A stretch of DNA of 64,000 nucleotides from Candidatus Latescibacterota bacterium (lineage in GTDB: Bacteria > Latescibacterota > UBA2968 > UBA8231), in assembly GCA_965203355.1 (NCBI GenBank), contig OZ241889.1, positions 1,376,001 to 1,440,000 on the forward strand. Direction: 5' to 3'. Shown here piece after piece: positions 18,256 through 28,056 of the stretch (positions within the stretch are counted from its first letter, which is position 1; every line of letters starts with the position of its first letter). The notes under the pieces are model-generated. The model was not told the DNA's origin. It searched no databases and saw nothing but the letters and a program-made list of their open reading frames with translations. The position numbers were made by a program, and so were the translations under genes.

Positions 18256-21200
18256 CTACTTGATCAGCAGCATCTTCTGGACGGCGAGGAACGCTTCACC
18301 CGCTTGCAAGCGGTAGAAGTACATCCCCGACGATACGCTGTGGCCGCGGTCGTTGGTCGCGTCCCACTCCACCGCGTAATGACCGGCACTCTGATGCTCG
18401 GCGACCAGCGTCCGAATCGGCTGACCCAACACGTTATACACCGTCAGCCCCACGTCCGCCGCCTGCGGCAACGCATACTGAATCGTCGTCTGCGGATTGA
18501 ACGGGTTGGGATAGTTAGCTGCCAGCGAGAACACGGCTGGCCGCGTCTGCACTGCTACTGGCGCGGGCAATGCCAGCCGGTTGAAGCCCAACGCCCGGTC
18601 CCAGGTCCGGTTGTCGGTGATTTCGAGTGTTGTGTGTGCAATCTCGGTCGTCGGCCGGAACACCAAGCGCAGCATTAGCTCGCCGTCGGAAACGACATCG
18701 CCGTGAGCGGCCAGTGTCAACACGCCCGCTTCGGCCAGCACCTGCGGCGTAGCGAATGCGCTATCGCCCAGCGGCTGATCGGTCCGCGCCTCGACGAAAG
18801 TTAGCTGGTCGGCGTCATAGGCTACCTGCAAGCCGTAGCCCTTGACCGCTACGAAGTCGGTCAACCGCACATTAACGACGAACTCCTCACCTACGCTCGG
18901 CAGGGCTGTCGGCGCATCCAGATACAGCCGCGCCTCCGCATTCAGCCCGGCCTGCACCGGCACTGGCTTGCCGGCTCCGCTGTTGAACACATCGAACAAC
19001 GTGCTCAAGTCCAGCATCGGGTTGACCGTGATTGTGAACCTCAGCGAGACGCTTTCGGCGCCAGCCGTCGCCGTGTAGGTGACCTCAACGGCCCCATCGG
19101 TCGCTGCGTCCGGCGTCCCGGAAATCGTCCGGGTGGTCGCGTCAAACGACAGCCCGGCTGGCAAACCCGACACGCTATACGTGATGGTCCCCTCGCCGCC
19201 CCGCGCCGCCGGCAGGACCAACGGCGTAATCGCCGTGCCCGCGGTGTAGGTGTGTGCAGCGACCGAAGCCCCCTCGACGAAAGCCAAGGAGAGCGTCTTC
19301 TCCTCATCGCCGTCCATCATGCCGCTGTCCACGTCGGTCAGCACCAGCGTCGCCGAACCCGCCGTCAAGCCCGGCCCTCTCGCGTGGAGGACGATCGTCT
19401 CGTCCCCTTCGGCCAAGCCATCGGCGACCGGATCAATCAAAAAGCGCGTCGAACCCATAAGCGAACCGGCCGCAATGGTAACGGCTGGATCGAACCGGGC
19501 CGAGTAGTCCGTACCGCGTGTGGCACTCGAAGCCGCGTCAATCGAGATGGCGACCGTCGCATCCGTGGCCAACGGCTGGCCGTCCAACGCAGCCATGACC
19601 ATTACCTCGGTCCATTCTGCGGACTCGCTAATCGCGCTCGGCAGCACCGACACGACCAGCGCCGTGCTGGCGGTCTCGTCGTCGGAAATCCGCAGGTCCA
19701 CTTGTCCCCAGCCGCCCGAAGCCGCCGCCCGAATACCCAAGTGCTTATGACCGTCCGCCAAAGCGTTGTCAATCGGCGACAGGAAAAGCGTCGTCGAACC
19801 CATCGTCTCGCCGGCCGCGATGGTGATCGTCCCCGCCCATGTCGCGGTGTAATCCACGTTGCGGGTGGCCATCGTCCCGCTGGCTGGCGGCACAAGCGTG
19901 AAGCGAATCGTCTCCGCCGTCGGGGCCGCCCCCACCAACGTCGCCGTAACGCGGATTTCGGTCGGCGCGCCGTTTTCGCGCACGACCGAGGGCGAAGCCT
20001 GCACACTCGCGACCCCCACGACCGGCTGGGCTTCCCGAACCGTGAGGGTGACGGTTCGGGCGGCGCGGTCGCCGTCGCTATCGAGCACCGTATAGACGAG
20101 CGTGGCCAGGCCCACGGCGGTCGGCGTCCCGGCAATCGTCCGCGTGGCCGGGTCAAACGCCAGCCCGGCCGGCAGCCCGGTCGAGATGCTATAAGTCAGC
20201 GTCCCTTCGCCCATGGCGGCGGGCAACACCGCGCTAAACGCCCGCCCCCTCGTCGCTTCAAAGGCTAAGGCTAATGGGCCCGCGGCGAAGCGAGGCTGGC
20301 CGAGGTCGGCGGGCGCATCCGCATCCGCATCCGTCATAGTCGCGCCATCGATCAGCGTGATCGTCGCGGTATGGACCGCGAAGGTCGCGCCGGCTTGGTT
20401 TTTGAGGTCGTCGGTCAACAGCGTTAGGGTGATCGTCTCGTGGGTGTCGGCTTGCCCGTCGGGGAGCGGGGTGATCGCGATCGTCGCGGTCCCGGACACC
20501 GAACCGCGCGGAATCGTCAGCGTCGTCAGCCGCGCCAAGTAGTCCACATCGCGCGTCGCCGCCAGGTCCGAGGCGTGATCCAAGACCAACGTGAGGGTCG
20601 CATCCGCGTCGAGCCCTTGGCCGTCTAACGTCCCTGTCACCGTAACCGTTGTCTCGCCCGCGTCCTCTTTGATCTCACTCGGACGCACCGACAGGGTGAT
20701 GTTCTCGCTCAGCGTTTCATCGTAAGAGATTGGCTCATCGTAGGTGATCGGCTCATCGTAAGAGATCGGCGCATCGTAAGAGATCGGCGCATCGTTGGTG
20801 GGCGGCGCATCATTGGTAGGCGGCGCATTGTTGGTCGGCGCGGACCCCGTATCGTCGCTTCTGGTAGCTTGCATAATCGGCAGCACGAGTTTGCCGTATC
20901 CGCTGTCGTTGTCCTGCCCCGAGGTTCCTATGTCAACCGTTACCGCGATCAGGGCATCCCACAATTGAGTACGCGAGTACGATGGATTCGCCGACTTGAT
21001 CAGCGCGGCCGCGCCAGCCACGTGGGGAGCCGCCGCGGAAGTCCCCCAAAAGCCGGGAGGATTAGAAACTGACGATACTCCATCCGGTGCGACGAGTTCG
21101 GGCTTGATGCGACCATCGGTCGTAGGCCCTCGGGAACTGTAATCTGCAATCAGACCTAGGTCGTAATCGTCATAATTGATCGCGCCGACGGTCATAGCCC

Positions 21201-22452
21201 CTCTGGCGTTTCCAGGATTCCGGATACTGCTCTTGGCAACCGCATACTCTGCGAAATCGGGACCGGGAAAAAATGAAAATATCTTAAAGCTCATAGGCTG
21301 GGTACTTGTACTTACATTATCGTACAAGTAAACCCCTATGCCATAGTCCCCCGATTTTGGTGCCGTTATGCCGAATGATTCATGGGGCGTGCCACCGGAA
21401 GCGTGTTGAGTAGTGGTACTTGAGGTGACTCGTTCTAAAGTGCCATCGGCTTTTTCAAAATAGAGATACAGGTCGTAGTCTTGGTAGGAGATGGGCCAAT
21501 CATTCCAAGTCAAGTAAATATGTATATAATCCCCGGCCTCGGCTTTAAACGACAGTGTCTCGTCTTCTTGGCTACTAAAGTTGTGAAAACGATCCCCATC
21601 GGGATCAGACCATACCCCTTCGTAATGTTTCTCGGCGTAATTGCCCGCTGCATTGACCCAGAGAATGCCGTTGTCGGCCGCGTCATTTACAATGTCGCAG
21701 GCCAGCCCACGGCCATCGCCAAAGCCATCAGGCCAAGTTATGGAATGATTGATTATGTCAATTCCCTCTCGTATGCAAAAGTCTTTGGCATTCTCAAGGT
21801 CAACTAAATCGGTTGCCTTCAGGAACGTGAGTTCGGCTTCAGGAGCCATATCGTAGATGATCTCGGCACAATGGGTGCCGTGATCGTCGCCTGTGTATAT
21901 ACCGTCCCCGGTAAAGTCGAAAGACTTCACATCCGTCGGCAGTTCTGAGCCTAAATTGTCCGCCCCTGCAAATCCGTAATCAATAATCGCCACCTTGACC
22001 CCTTGGCCACTCACACCATTGCGGTGATTATCATGCGCTTTGGTGACTTGCACCCCTTCGCTGACAGTCTGGTTCGGATGCGGCCGACGCGGCCGACGAA
22101 CAAAGCGAACCCCCGGTAGCTCGGAAACCGCCCGCAGCGACGCCGCCGGAACCGAAACCCGCATCAGACTCTTGGACCGGGCGCGCACCGTCCCGCCCCG
22201 TGCCGCCAGCGATGACGTATCAATCGAAGCCGACCCTTGGCCAAGATGTGGAACCAAGATGACGACGACCGTATCCTGCAAATCGCTAACCGGCTTGCCG
22301 GCTCGGGGTGCGGCCAAGGCCCACAACGCACTTTCTAGCTTGGCCGGGCCGACGGGTTTGTCAGGTGGGGAAAAGTCTATGTTCTGTCCCCAAAGGGATG
22401 TATAGCTCAGGACGCCCAAGAAAAGGGCGATTGTCATACTTTTTGATTGCAT
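18256..22452 (-). CDS. Secreted S8 (subtilisin-like) peptidase with Ig/Calx-beta-like repeats and FlgD/T9SS-like C-terminal domain
   Basis: Signal peptide; triad IIDYGF/DHGTHC/GTSAAAPH; LPAGLxFD..TRTIxGTP putative-Ig repeats; NYPNPFNP...SGMYFYRL tail. Confidence 0.9.
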   Translation of the reverse strand: MQSKSMTIALFLGVLSYTSLWGQNIDFSPPDKPVGPAKLESALWALAAPRAGKPVSDLQDTVVVILVPHLGQGSASIDTSSLAARGGTVRARSKSLMRVSVPAASLRAVSELPGVRFVRRPRRPHPNQTVSEGVQVTKAHDNHRNGVSGQGVKVAIIDYGFAGADNLGSELPTDVKSFDFTGDGIYTGDDHGTHCAEIIYDMAPEAELTFLKATDLVDLENAKDFCIREGIDIINHSITWPDGFGDGRGLACDIVNDAADNGILWVNAAGNYAEKHYEGVWSDPDGDRFHNFSSQEDETLSFKAEAGDYIHIYLTWNDWPISYQDYDLYLYFEKADGTLERVTSSTTTQHASGGTPHESFGITAPKSGDYGIGVYLYDNVSTSTQPMSFKIFSFFPGPDFAEYAVAKSSIRNPGNARGAMTVGAINYDDYDLGLIADYSSRGPTTDGRIKPELVAPDGVSSVSNPPGFWGTSAAAPHVAGAAALIKSANPSYSRTQLWDALIAVTVDIGTSGQDNDSGYGKLVLPIMQATRSDDTGSAPTNNAPPTNDAPPTNDAPISYDAPISYDEPITYDEPISYDETLSENITLSVRPSEIKEDAGETTVTVTGTLDGQGLDADATLTLVLDHASDLAATRDVDYLARLTTLTIPRGSVSGTATIAITPLPDGQADTHETITLTLLTDDLKNQAGATFAVHTATITLIDGATMTDADADAPADLGQPRFAAGPLALAFEATRGRAFSAVLPAAMGEGTLTYSISTGLPAGLAFDPATRTIAGTPTAVGLATLVYTVLDSDGDRAARTVTLTVREAQPVVGVASVQASPSVVRENGAPTEIRVTATLVGAAPTAETIRFTLVPPASGTMATRNVDYTATWAGTITIAAGETMGSTTLFLSPIDNALADGHKHLGIRAAASGGWGQVDLRISDDETASTALVVSVLPSAISESAEWTEVMVMAALDGQPLATDATVAISIDAASSATRGTDYSARFDPAVTIAAGSLMGSTRFLIDPVADGLAEGDETIVLHARGPGLTAGSATLVLTDVDSGMMDGDEEKTLSLAFVEGASVAAHTYTAGTAITPLVLPAARGGEGTITYSVSGLPAGLSFDATTRTISGTPDAATDGAVEVTYTATAGAESVSLRFTITVNPMLDLSTLFDVFNSGAGKPVPVQAGLNAEARLYLDAPTALPSVGEEFVVNVRLTDFVAVKGYGLQVAYDADQLTFVEARTDQPLGDSAFATPQVLAEAGVLTLAAHGDVVSDGELMLRLVFRPTTEIAHTTLEITDNRTWDRALGFNRLALPAPVAVQTRPAVFSLAANYPNPFNPQTTIQYALPQAADVGLTVYNVLGQPIRTLVAEHQSAGHYAVEWDATNDRGHSVSSGMYFYRLQAGEAFLAVQKMLLIK
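20717..20841. repeat. 18-bp coding tandem repeat x7 (APPTND/APISYD/EPISYD linker)
   Basis: Seven diverging tcatcgtaagagatcggc-like units. Confidence 0.85.
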
Positions 22453-22497
22453 CGGAGTCCTCCCATGCTTTTTCAAAAACTTCAAAACGCTGATTAG

Positions 22498-22995
22498 TTA
22501 AAGAAGCTCGAGAAATTTCCACAATGGTTGAAGCGCCCGCATCCCCGCGTGTTGGTTGAGCTTGTAGGTAATTTCGTCTTGGTTCATCACTTCGGTCTTG
22601 GGCATGTTGCCGAGGCTGCGGACCACAGCATTGGACAGCCGCGCCATGACCTTTTCGATGTCCAACTCGCGAAAGGGTTCGATGTTGGTCGCGCAAACGA
22701 CGCCGATGTGATCGACTTCCGCGAGGTAGGGGCGCAAGACCGGATCGGGTTGCGACGGGGCGCGAAACTCGACGTGGGTAAAAGCACTGCGGTCGCCGCA
22801 GCCCACCAGACCAATGAGCAATATGAGAGCAGCAATCAAAAGCTCTGGCCAAAGCTGAAGTGAAACTTGAAGTCCGAGAAGCTGCTTTATTTTAAGTGAT
22901 GCCGAATTCGCCGACCCCGCACAAGCCCGCGTCGGTTTCGACTTTGACGAAGAAATAATTACGCGAGCCATAGAAGACGGGGAAGGGTTTGACAT
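22498..22995 (-). CDS. Hypothetical lipoprotein-like protein, possibly truncated; start uncertain
   Basis: Hydrophobic stretch ending LIGLVGC (lipobox-like) followed by a short soluble domain. Confidence 0.45.
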   Translation of the reverse strand: MSNPSPSSMARVIISSSKSKPTRACAGSANSASLKIKQLLGLQVSLQLWPELLIAALILLIGLVGCGDRSAFTHVEFRAPSQPDPVLRPYLAEVDHIGVVCATNIEPFRELDIEKVMARLSNAVVRSLGNMPKTEVMNQDEITYKLNQHAGMRALQPLWKFLELL

Positions 22996-23154
22996 CGGTA
23001 ATATTTTTTCATCGAGCAAAAAGTAAGTTGGCCTTGTCGCCAGCGGCTCTCTCCCCCTATCTTCAGAGTGTTCAGCATTCCTTGCAGATCCCGTCTTAGT
23101 CGGGTCATCTGCTGAATACAATAGCCGATACCCGGCGAAGGGTCGCTCCCTTCT

Positions 23155-23294
23155 GCCTTGGCGAATAGGTAGAGACATCGCTGCACTCTGCAGGGAATGT
23201 TGAACATGGCCCGGCCCCCGAGGGGGCCGCCTGTTCCCCTTCTCCGAAGGAGCGGGGCGATATTAACGCCTGAAGGCGCGGTGAAAGCCAAGGC
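23155..23294. ncRNA. Candidate structured RNA or leader (multi-hairpin)
   Basis: GCCTTGGC/GCCAAGGC closing helix encloses four hairpins; no family recognised. Confidence 0.35.
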
Positions 23295-23409
23295 GACTTG
23301 CTCATTATCATCCCATCCGTTGTATAGAGCAGAAGTTCTTTTTAGACCACGCTGTATGTGGGCCTTGCCCTGACTTTGGTTACACACCTTATAACTGGTT
23401 GAGGATACC

Positions 23410-24402
23410 GTGAAAAAGGTCCGCCGCCCTGTCGATCTGTATCGAGTCGGGGGGCATCCCATGTTGTTCGCCTCTGCGGAGACTATTATGGCCGCGCTCC
23501 AATACTACAGCCCCCAACTCGCCGACGAGCGAGCGTACTACGGGGCTTTGATGGGCTGGTCGTTCTTTTTCGACGCCGAGGAGAGAATGCCGGTCGGCCT
23601 GCCCGCCGACGAATTGATTCACCGCAACTTGTACTATCTCTACGGAATTGAACGCCGCGAGATGCGCTGCGACAATTTTGCCGACCTATGGCAGGCGATT
23701 GAAGAGTCGATTGCCGCCGATCGGGTGCTGCTCGCTTGGGTGGATGCCTGTGAGGTGAACGATGCGGCCTTTCGCCACAATCGCGTACCCGGCGCGAGCG
23801 AAGCCATGCTCATCTATGGGTACGACGATCAAGGAGCGGATGGGCTGATGGTTTTGGTCAATCCGCAGGGCTTCGTGGGGCCGGTGCCGCTGGCGCGTTT
23901 GCCCGAGATGTTGCCCGAATGGGTCGTGTACGACTACGCAGTGCCCGAAGGGCTCGATCCCTATCCAATCAAAAAAATGAAACAGGTGCTCTTGGGTGAT
24001 GTGCGGGAGATGCTCGCGGGCAACAGGGTCGGCCGGGTCGAGACGGGCCTGCCGGCCGCGCAGCGCTTTGTCGAGGAGATGGAGCGTCAGATTGAACTGG
24101 ACGAAGACAGTATGCGCGCTTGGATGCGGGAGGCGTTCTGTCGCATAGCGCTACTCGGCCCGCAGCGTCAGCGATTGGACGACAATTTGCGGCGGCTAGC
24201 GGCGGCAACCGGCTCGGATGCCCTGTCGGCAGCGGCGGATGCCTTTGGGGATATAGGCCGGCGTTGGGAGACGACGCGCAAACTATTCGCCAAAGGGGGG
24301 TGCCACGACCCGGCGTTGATGCTGAAGCGCGTCCGCGAGTACGTCGAGATCCTGTTGAATCTAGAGGAGGCGCAGGCTCGTTTTCTGTTGCAGCGGCTAT
24401 AG
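23410..24402 (+). CDS. BtrH_N/DUF4872-like protein
   Basis: W.AIEESIAADRVLLAWVD...MLIYGYDD N-domain; GLPAAQRF...LSAAADAFGDIGRRW helical C-domain. Confidence 0.55.
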   Translation: MKKVRRPVDLYRVGGHPMLFASAETIMAALQYYSPQLADERAYYGALMGWSFFFDAEERMPVGLPADELIHRNLYYLYGIERREMRCDNFADLWQAIEESIAADRVLLAWVDACEVNDAAFRHNRVPGASEAMLIYGYDDQGADGLMVLVNPQGFVGPVPLARLPEMLPEWVVYDYAVPEGLDPYPIKKMKQVLLGDVREMLAGNRVGRVETGLPAAQRFVEEMERQIELDEDSMRAWMREAFCRIALLGPQRQRLDDNLRRLAAATGSDALSAAADAFGDIGRRWETTRKLFAKGGCHDPALMLKRVREYVEILLNLEEAQARFLLQRL

Positions 24403-24507
24403 CGGTTTATAGCATTTGGAACTGCGATAGGCAATCGTTAGTTTGCTTCTATGAACGGAGTGTTCGCCGCTAGCGGCGAAAAACCTTCACCCCACCAAGG
24501 AACCGCC

Positions 24508-25188
24508 ATGGAAGCACCCCAAGCAGAAATCAGCGTCGTCGATCGCCTATTGCGCGTCTTCTACGCTCCATCCGAGACTTTTGAAGCCGTAGCCGAGCAG
24601 CGCAGTGCCGCCGATTGGCTGGTGCCGACCCTGCTCGTGGCCGCGGTGATTTTCGTCTCCACGTATCTAACTTCGCCGATCTACGTGGCTGAGGCGCTGA
24701 AGCAGATACCGGCAGAACAGCGCGGTGAAATGGGCGGTGCTGGAGAAGCCATGCGGATCAGCGGGCTGATTGCCGCGCCGGTTATGACGTTTGTCATGCT
24801 CTTTATTGGTGCCGCGATTTACCTTTTGGTCGGCAAATTGCTCGGTGGCCTACTCGGCTATGGCCACTGCTTGGCTATCGTGGCGTACACGTCGCTAATT
24901 ACCATTCTCCAGCACCTTGTCAAGACGCCGCTGGTCTTGGCCACGGAGACGATGGACGTGCAGATAGGGCTGGGCATGTTCCTCGCCGAGGAGGCCCGCA
25001 AGGGTTTCGCGGGTGCTTTATTGAGTTCGGTCGAGCCTTTTGTCGTCTGGATGGTCGTCATCGCCGGCCTTGGGTTATCTATCGTCGGGCAGATAGAGCG
25101 CAGCCGCGCCTATGCGGGCGTTGCGGCCATCACGTTGCTCTTCCTCGCCATTGGCGCGTTTTTCAGCACCCTCAGACCGGGTGGTTGA
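24508..25188 (+). CDS. Yip1 family membrane protein
   Basis: RVFYAPSETFEAV...WLVP, about 5 TM helices; precedes MacAB-type genes. Confidence 0.8.
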   Translation: MEAPQAEISVVDRLLRVFYAPSETFEAVAEQRSAADWLVPTLLVAAVIFVSTYLTSPIYVAEALKQIPAEQRGEMGGAGEAMRISGLIAAPVMTFVMLFIGAAIYLLVGKLLGGLLGYGHCLAIVAYTSLITILQHLVKTPLVLATETMDVQIGLGMFLAEEARKGFAGALLSSVEPFVVWMVVIAGLGLSIVGQIERSRAYAGVAAITLLFLAIGAFFSTLRPGG

Positions 25189-25189
25189 C

Positions 25190-26431
25190 GTGGCGACCAA
25201 GAAACGCCGCCTGTTGAAGCTGCTCGTTTTCTTGCTGTTGGCTGGCGCGGTTGGCGCGGCGATCTACTTCAACTTGCGGCAAGAAAAGGCCGCAGAGACC
25301 TTTGCCACCGCGCTCGTCGAGCGGGGCGAGATCGTCGATAAGCTCGCTGAAACAGGCCGCATTGAACTGGTGCGGACTGTGGAGGTCAAATCGACGATTG
25401 CCGGCGAAATCCGCGCATTGCCCATCGAGGCGGGGGCGTGGGTGCAGACCGGCGCGTTGATGGCCGTCATCGAGCCAGACCCCAATCAGTCGCTGCAATT
25501 GTATCAGAAGCGGTCGAGCGTGGAGCAGGGCAAAATTGACTTGGCCGAAGAGGAGCGCAACTTCGACCGCCAAAAGACCCTGTTCGACCGCCAGATGATA
25601 CCGGCCAAGCAGTTTGAAGAAGCCGAGCTGCGCCTGACGCGGGCGCGCACCGGCCTGCGCTTGGCCCAGCTCGAACTCGACATGCTCGAAGCCAAGGCCA
25701 ATCTGCAGCGCGTTCAGCTTGCCGAAGATCAAGTCGCGCTCGACGAGGTGCGCGTTCTCGCTCCGATTGACGGCATTGTCATCCGCCGCAACGTGGAGGA
25801 AGGCGAGGTGGTGGCGTCCGGGCTATCGTCGTATTCGGGCGGCACGGTGCTGTTTGAAATCGGCGATCCCAGCCAGCTGATCGTGCGCGGCAACATCGCC
25901 GAAATCGACATTGGCCGGGTGGCGGTCGGCCAAGCGGTGGACATTGTCGTGGATGCCTATCCCGACACCACCTATGGCGGCCGGGTGCGCTGGATTGCGC
26001 CGGTGGGTCAGCAGCCGCAGGGCAGCACCATCGTCACCTTTGACACCGAGATTGAGCTGACCGGTCACGCGCCGCGCTTGCGCCAAGGCATGTCCTGCGA
26101 CATTGACATTCTGTTTGCGCGGCGCGACAGCGCAGTGTATTTGCCGGTTGAGCGGGTGCTGGAGGTGTTGGACGACGAGGACGACGACGAGCGCCGCCGC
26201 TTTGTCGCGTATAGGGCCGCGCCGCCGGATTCGCTAGCGGCTGCGCCAGACAGCGCGTTGCACTTGCCGCTGGATGCTTTCGCCGAAGTGGAATTAGCCA
26301 TCGGCCTTGAGACCTCGACCCGCGTTGAAATCCTCGACGGCCTCGGTAGCGGCGACCGCGTCGCCGAAGAGCCGAGTGTCATTCGCAGCCAACTGGAGCG
26401 GGAGGACGAAGAGAAGGATGAGGAACGCTGA
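25190..26431 (+). CDS. Efflux periplasmic adaptor (MacA/HlyD family)
   Basis: N-terminal TM, VEVKSTIAGEI, APIDGIV..RNVEEGEVV, LRQGMSCDID, VEILDGL. Confidence 0.9.
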   Translation: MATKKRRLLKLLVFLLLAGAVGAAIYFNLRQEKAAETFATALVERGEIVDKLAETGRIELVRTVEVKSTIAGEIRALPIEAGAWVQTGALMAVIEPDPNQSLQLYQKRSSVEQGKIDLAEEERNFDRQKTLFDRQMIPAKQFEEAELRLTRARTGLRLAQLELDMLEAKANLQRVQLAEDQVALDEVRVLAPIDGIVIRRNVEEGEVVASGLSSYSGGTVLFEIGDPSQLIVRGNIAEIDIGRVAVGQAVDIVVDAYPDTTYGGRVRWIAPVGQQPQGSTIVTFDTEIELTGHAPRLRQGMSCDIDILFARRDSAVYLPVERVLEVLDDEDDDERRRFVAYRAAPPDSLAAAPDSALHLPLDAFAEVELAIGLETSTRVEILDGLGSGDRVAEEPSVIRSQLEREDEEKDEER

Positions 26432-26442
26432 TGAGCGCTCTA

Positions 26443-27828
26443 TTAAACCCGCTCCTCTAGCGCTAGACGCAACAGAGCTTGGGGCAGGAACTCGACGGGA
26501 ATGTCGCCTATGTCCGCCGCCGCACTCTGGCGCGCGAGAATGCGGCTGTTGGCGTACTTGCCTATCTGTTTGAGCGTTTTGGGCCGCAACTGGCCCGTCC
26601 ACTTGATCTCTACGGGCCAAAAACGACCGTCTTTTACATAGGCGATATCCACTTCGCCCTCGCCTTTGATGTAGTACGTGGGATAGCGACGGCTATAATG
26701 GGCAACGGCGCAGGCTTCTACTAGGGGGGCGGTGCGCTCGGGGTCGGCGAGGAGGGGGCGCACTTGGGCGGCGAAAGGGTCTTGCGCCGCGTGTAGCCAG
26801 CTTTGCACGGCGTGGAAAATGAAGGGATCGCAAAAACTGATTTTGCGCGCCTTTTTCGGCGCAGCGGTCAGCTTGTCCTCGCGCAAGGCCGGCTGGACGC
26901 AGAGTACATCCATAGAGGTGAGCAGGGCGATATAATCGCTCACGGTAGCGGGATGGTCGATGCTGAGGGTGCGGGCCAAGGCGTTATACGTGATCTGGGT
27001 GCCGCTGCAGCGGACAATGGCGGCTAACACTTCGCCCAAATAGTGTTCCTGCTTACCGCGTTTGAGCATATCGCCGCGTATCCAGTCGCTGTACGTGGCG
27101 AATGTGGCCGGGAGGATGCGGTCGTGGCGGGCCATATCGTTAATGGCGGTGAGAAAGCCGCCGTGGACCAGATAGGCGAGCAATTCCTCGCGCAGGACTT
27201 GCTCGGTTGCGGCAGGTAGCGGCGATCTAGGCTGTGCTAATTGCAGCAACGCTGGGTTACTCAGCGCGCGCTTTAGACCCACAGCCGCGGCAAAACTGAG
27301 AGGATGGAGGTGAAAGTCAACCACCGAGGCTCGTCCTCGGCGGCCGGGAAAACGCATGCGGGCCTCTTGGATGACCGCCATATCCGAGCCGGTCGCCATC
27401 AGGACGACGCCTTCGAGCAAGCCGGCGTCGGCGAGATACTTGATTCCCTTGTCCCAACCGGCGATATAGGTCACTTCGTCGAGCAGGATATAGCGCGGGC
27501 CCTCGGCGGGCATTTCCCGCAGCAGAGCCGATACCAAGCGCACTAGCGCGTGGTGATCGTCGATGAGTTCGCCGGTGAAGAAGCGCAGACGGGTTGGGTC
27601 AAGGCCCGTTGCAAGCAGGTCGGCCATCCACTGTTTGAGTAGCGTCGTTTTGCCGATTTGACGGCCGCCGCCCACCGTGTAAATGCCCGGCTGGTTGCGC
27701 GGCAGACGGTCGAGGAGGGGAAAGCGGTAGATTAGGGGCTGAGTTCGCAGGCGTCTGAGGTGCGGGTCGAGGTCGGAAAAGGAACCATCGAGATGACTAT
27801 TGTGGATCTGAAATTCTGCTAAGTTCAT
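26443..27828 (-). CDS. AAA_14/DUF4143 ATP-binding protein
   Basis: GGRQIGKTT, ILLDEV, ATGS, HGGF, KKARKISFCDP, EVDIA..PVEIKW nuclease-like tail. Confidence 0.88.
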   Translation of the reverse strand: MNLAEFQIHNSHLDGSFSDLDPHLRRLRTQPLIYRFPLLDRLPRNQPGIYTVGGGRQIGKTTLLKQWMADLLATGLDPTRLRFFTGELIDDHHALVRLVSALLREMPAEGPRYILLDEVTYIAGWDKGIKYLADAGLLEGVVLMATGSDMAVIQEARMRFPGRRGRASVVDFHLHPLSFAAAVGLKRALSNPALLQLAQPRSPLPAATEQVLREELLAYLVHGGFLTAINDMARHDRILPATFATYSDWIRGDMLKRGKQEHYLGEVLAAIVRCSGTQITYNALARTLSIDHPATVSDYIALLTSMDVLCVQPALREDKLTAAPKKARKISFCDPFIFHAVQSWLHAAQDPFAAQVRPLLADPERTAPLVEACAVAHYSRRYPTYYIKGEGEVDIAYVKDGRFWPVEIKWTGQLRPKTLKQIGKYANSRILARQSAAADIGDIPVEFLPQALLRLALEERV

Positions 27829-27856
27829 AGAATAGCAATAGTTGCGTTTATTTCAG

Positions 27857-27894
27857 AAATTTAGTCAATGAACTCTGAATAAATTTAGTCAATG
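27857..27894. repeat. 14-bp direct repeat AAATTTAGTCAATG x2 upstream of the AAA_14 gene (candidate operator)
   Basis: Copies at 27857-27870 and 27881-27894. Confidence 0.65.
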
Positions 27895-28056
27895 CGAGTC
27901 GGCGGCGCAATTTTGTCTCTTTCAAGTAGGGACTGGCCGTCTTCAGCCCAATTGGCCAAAGAATTCTCAGTGCCGTTTTGGGGTTGTGCTGTACCGGGCT
28001 TATTTTTAACGCTTGCTCAATCGCTGCATCTTCGCTCCGAAGGACAAAAAACGCCA

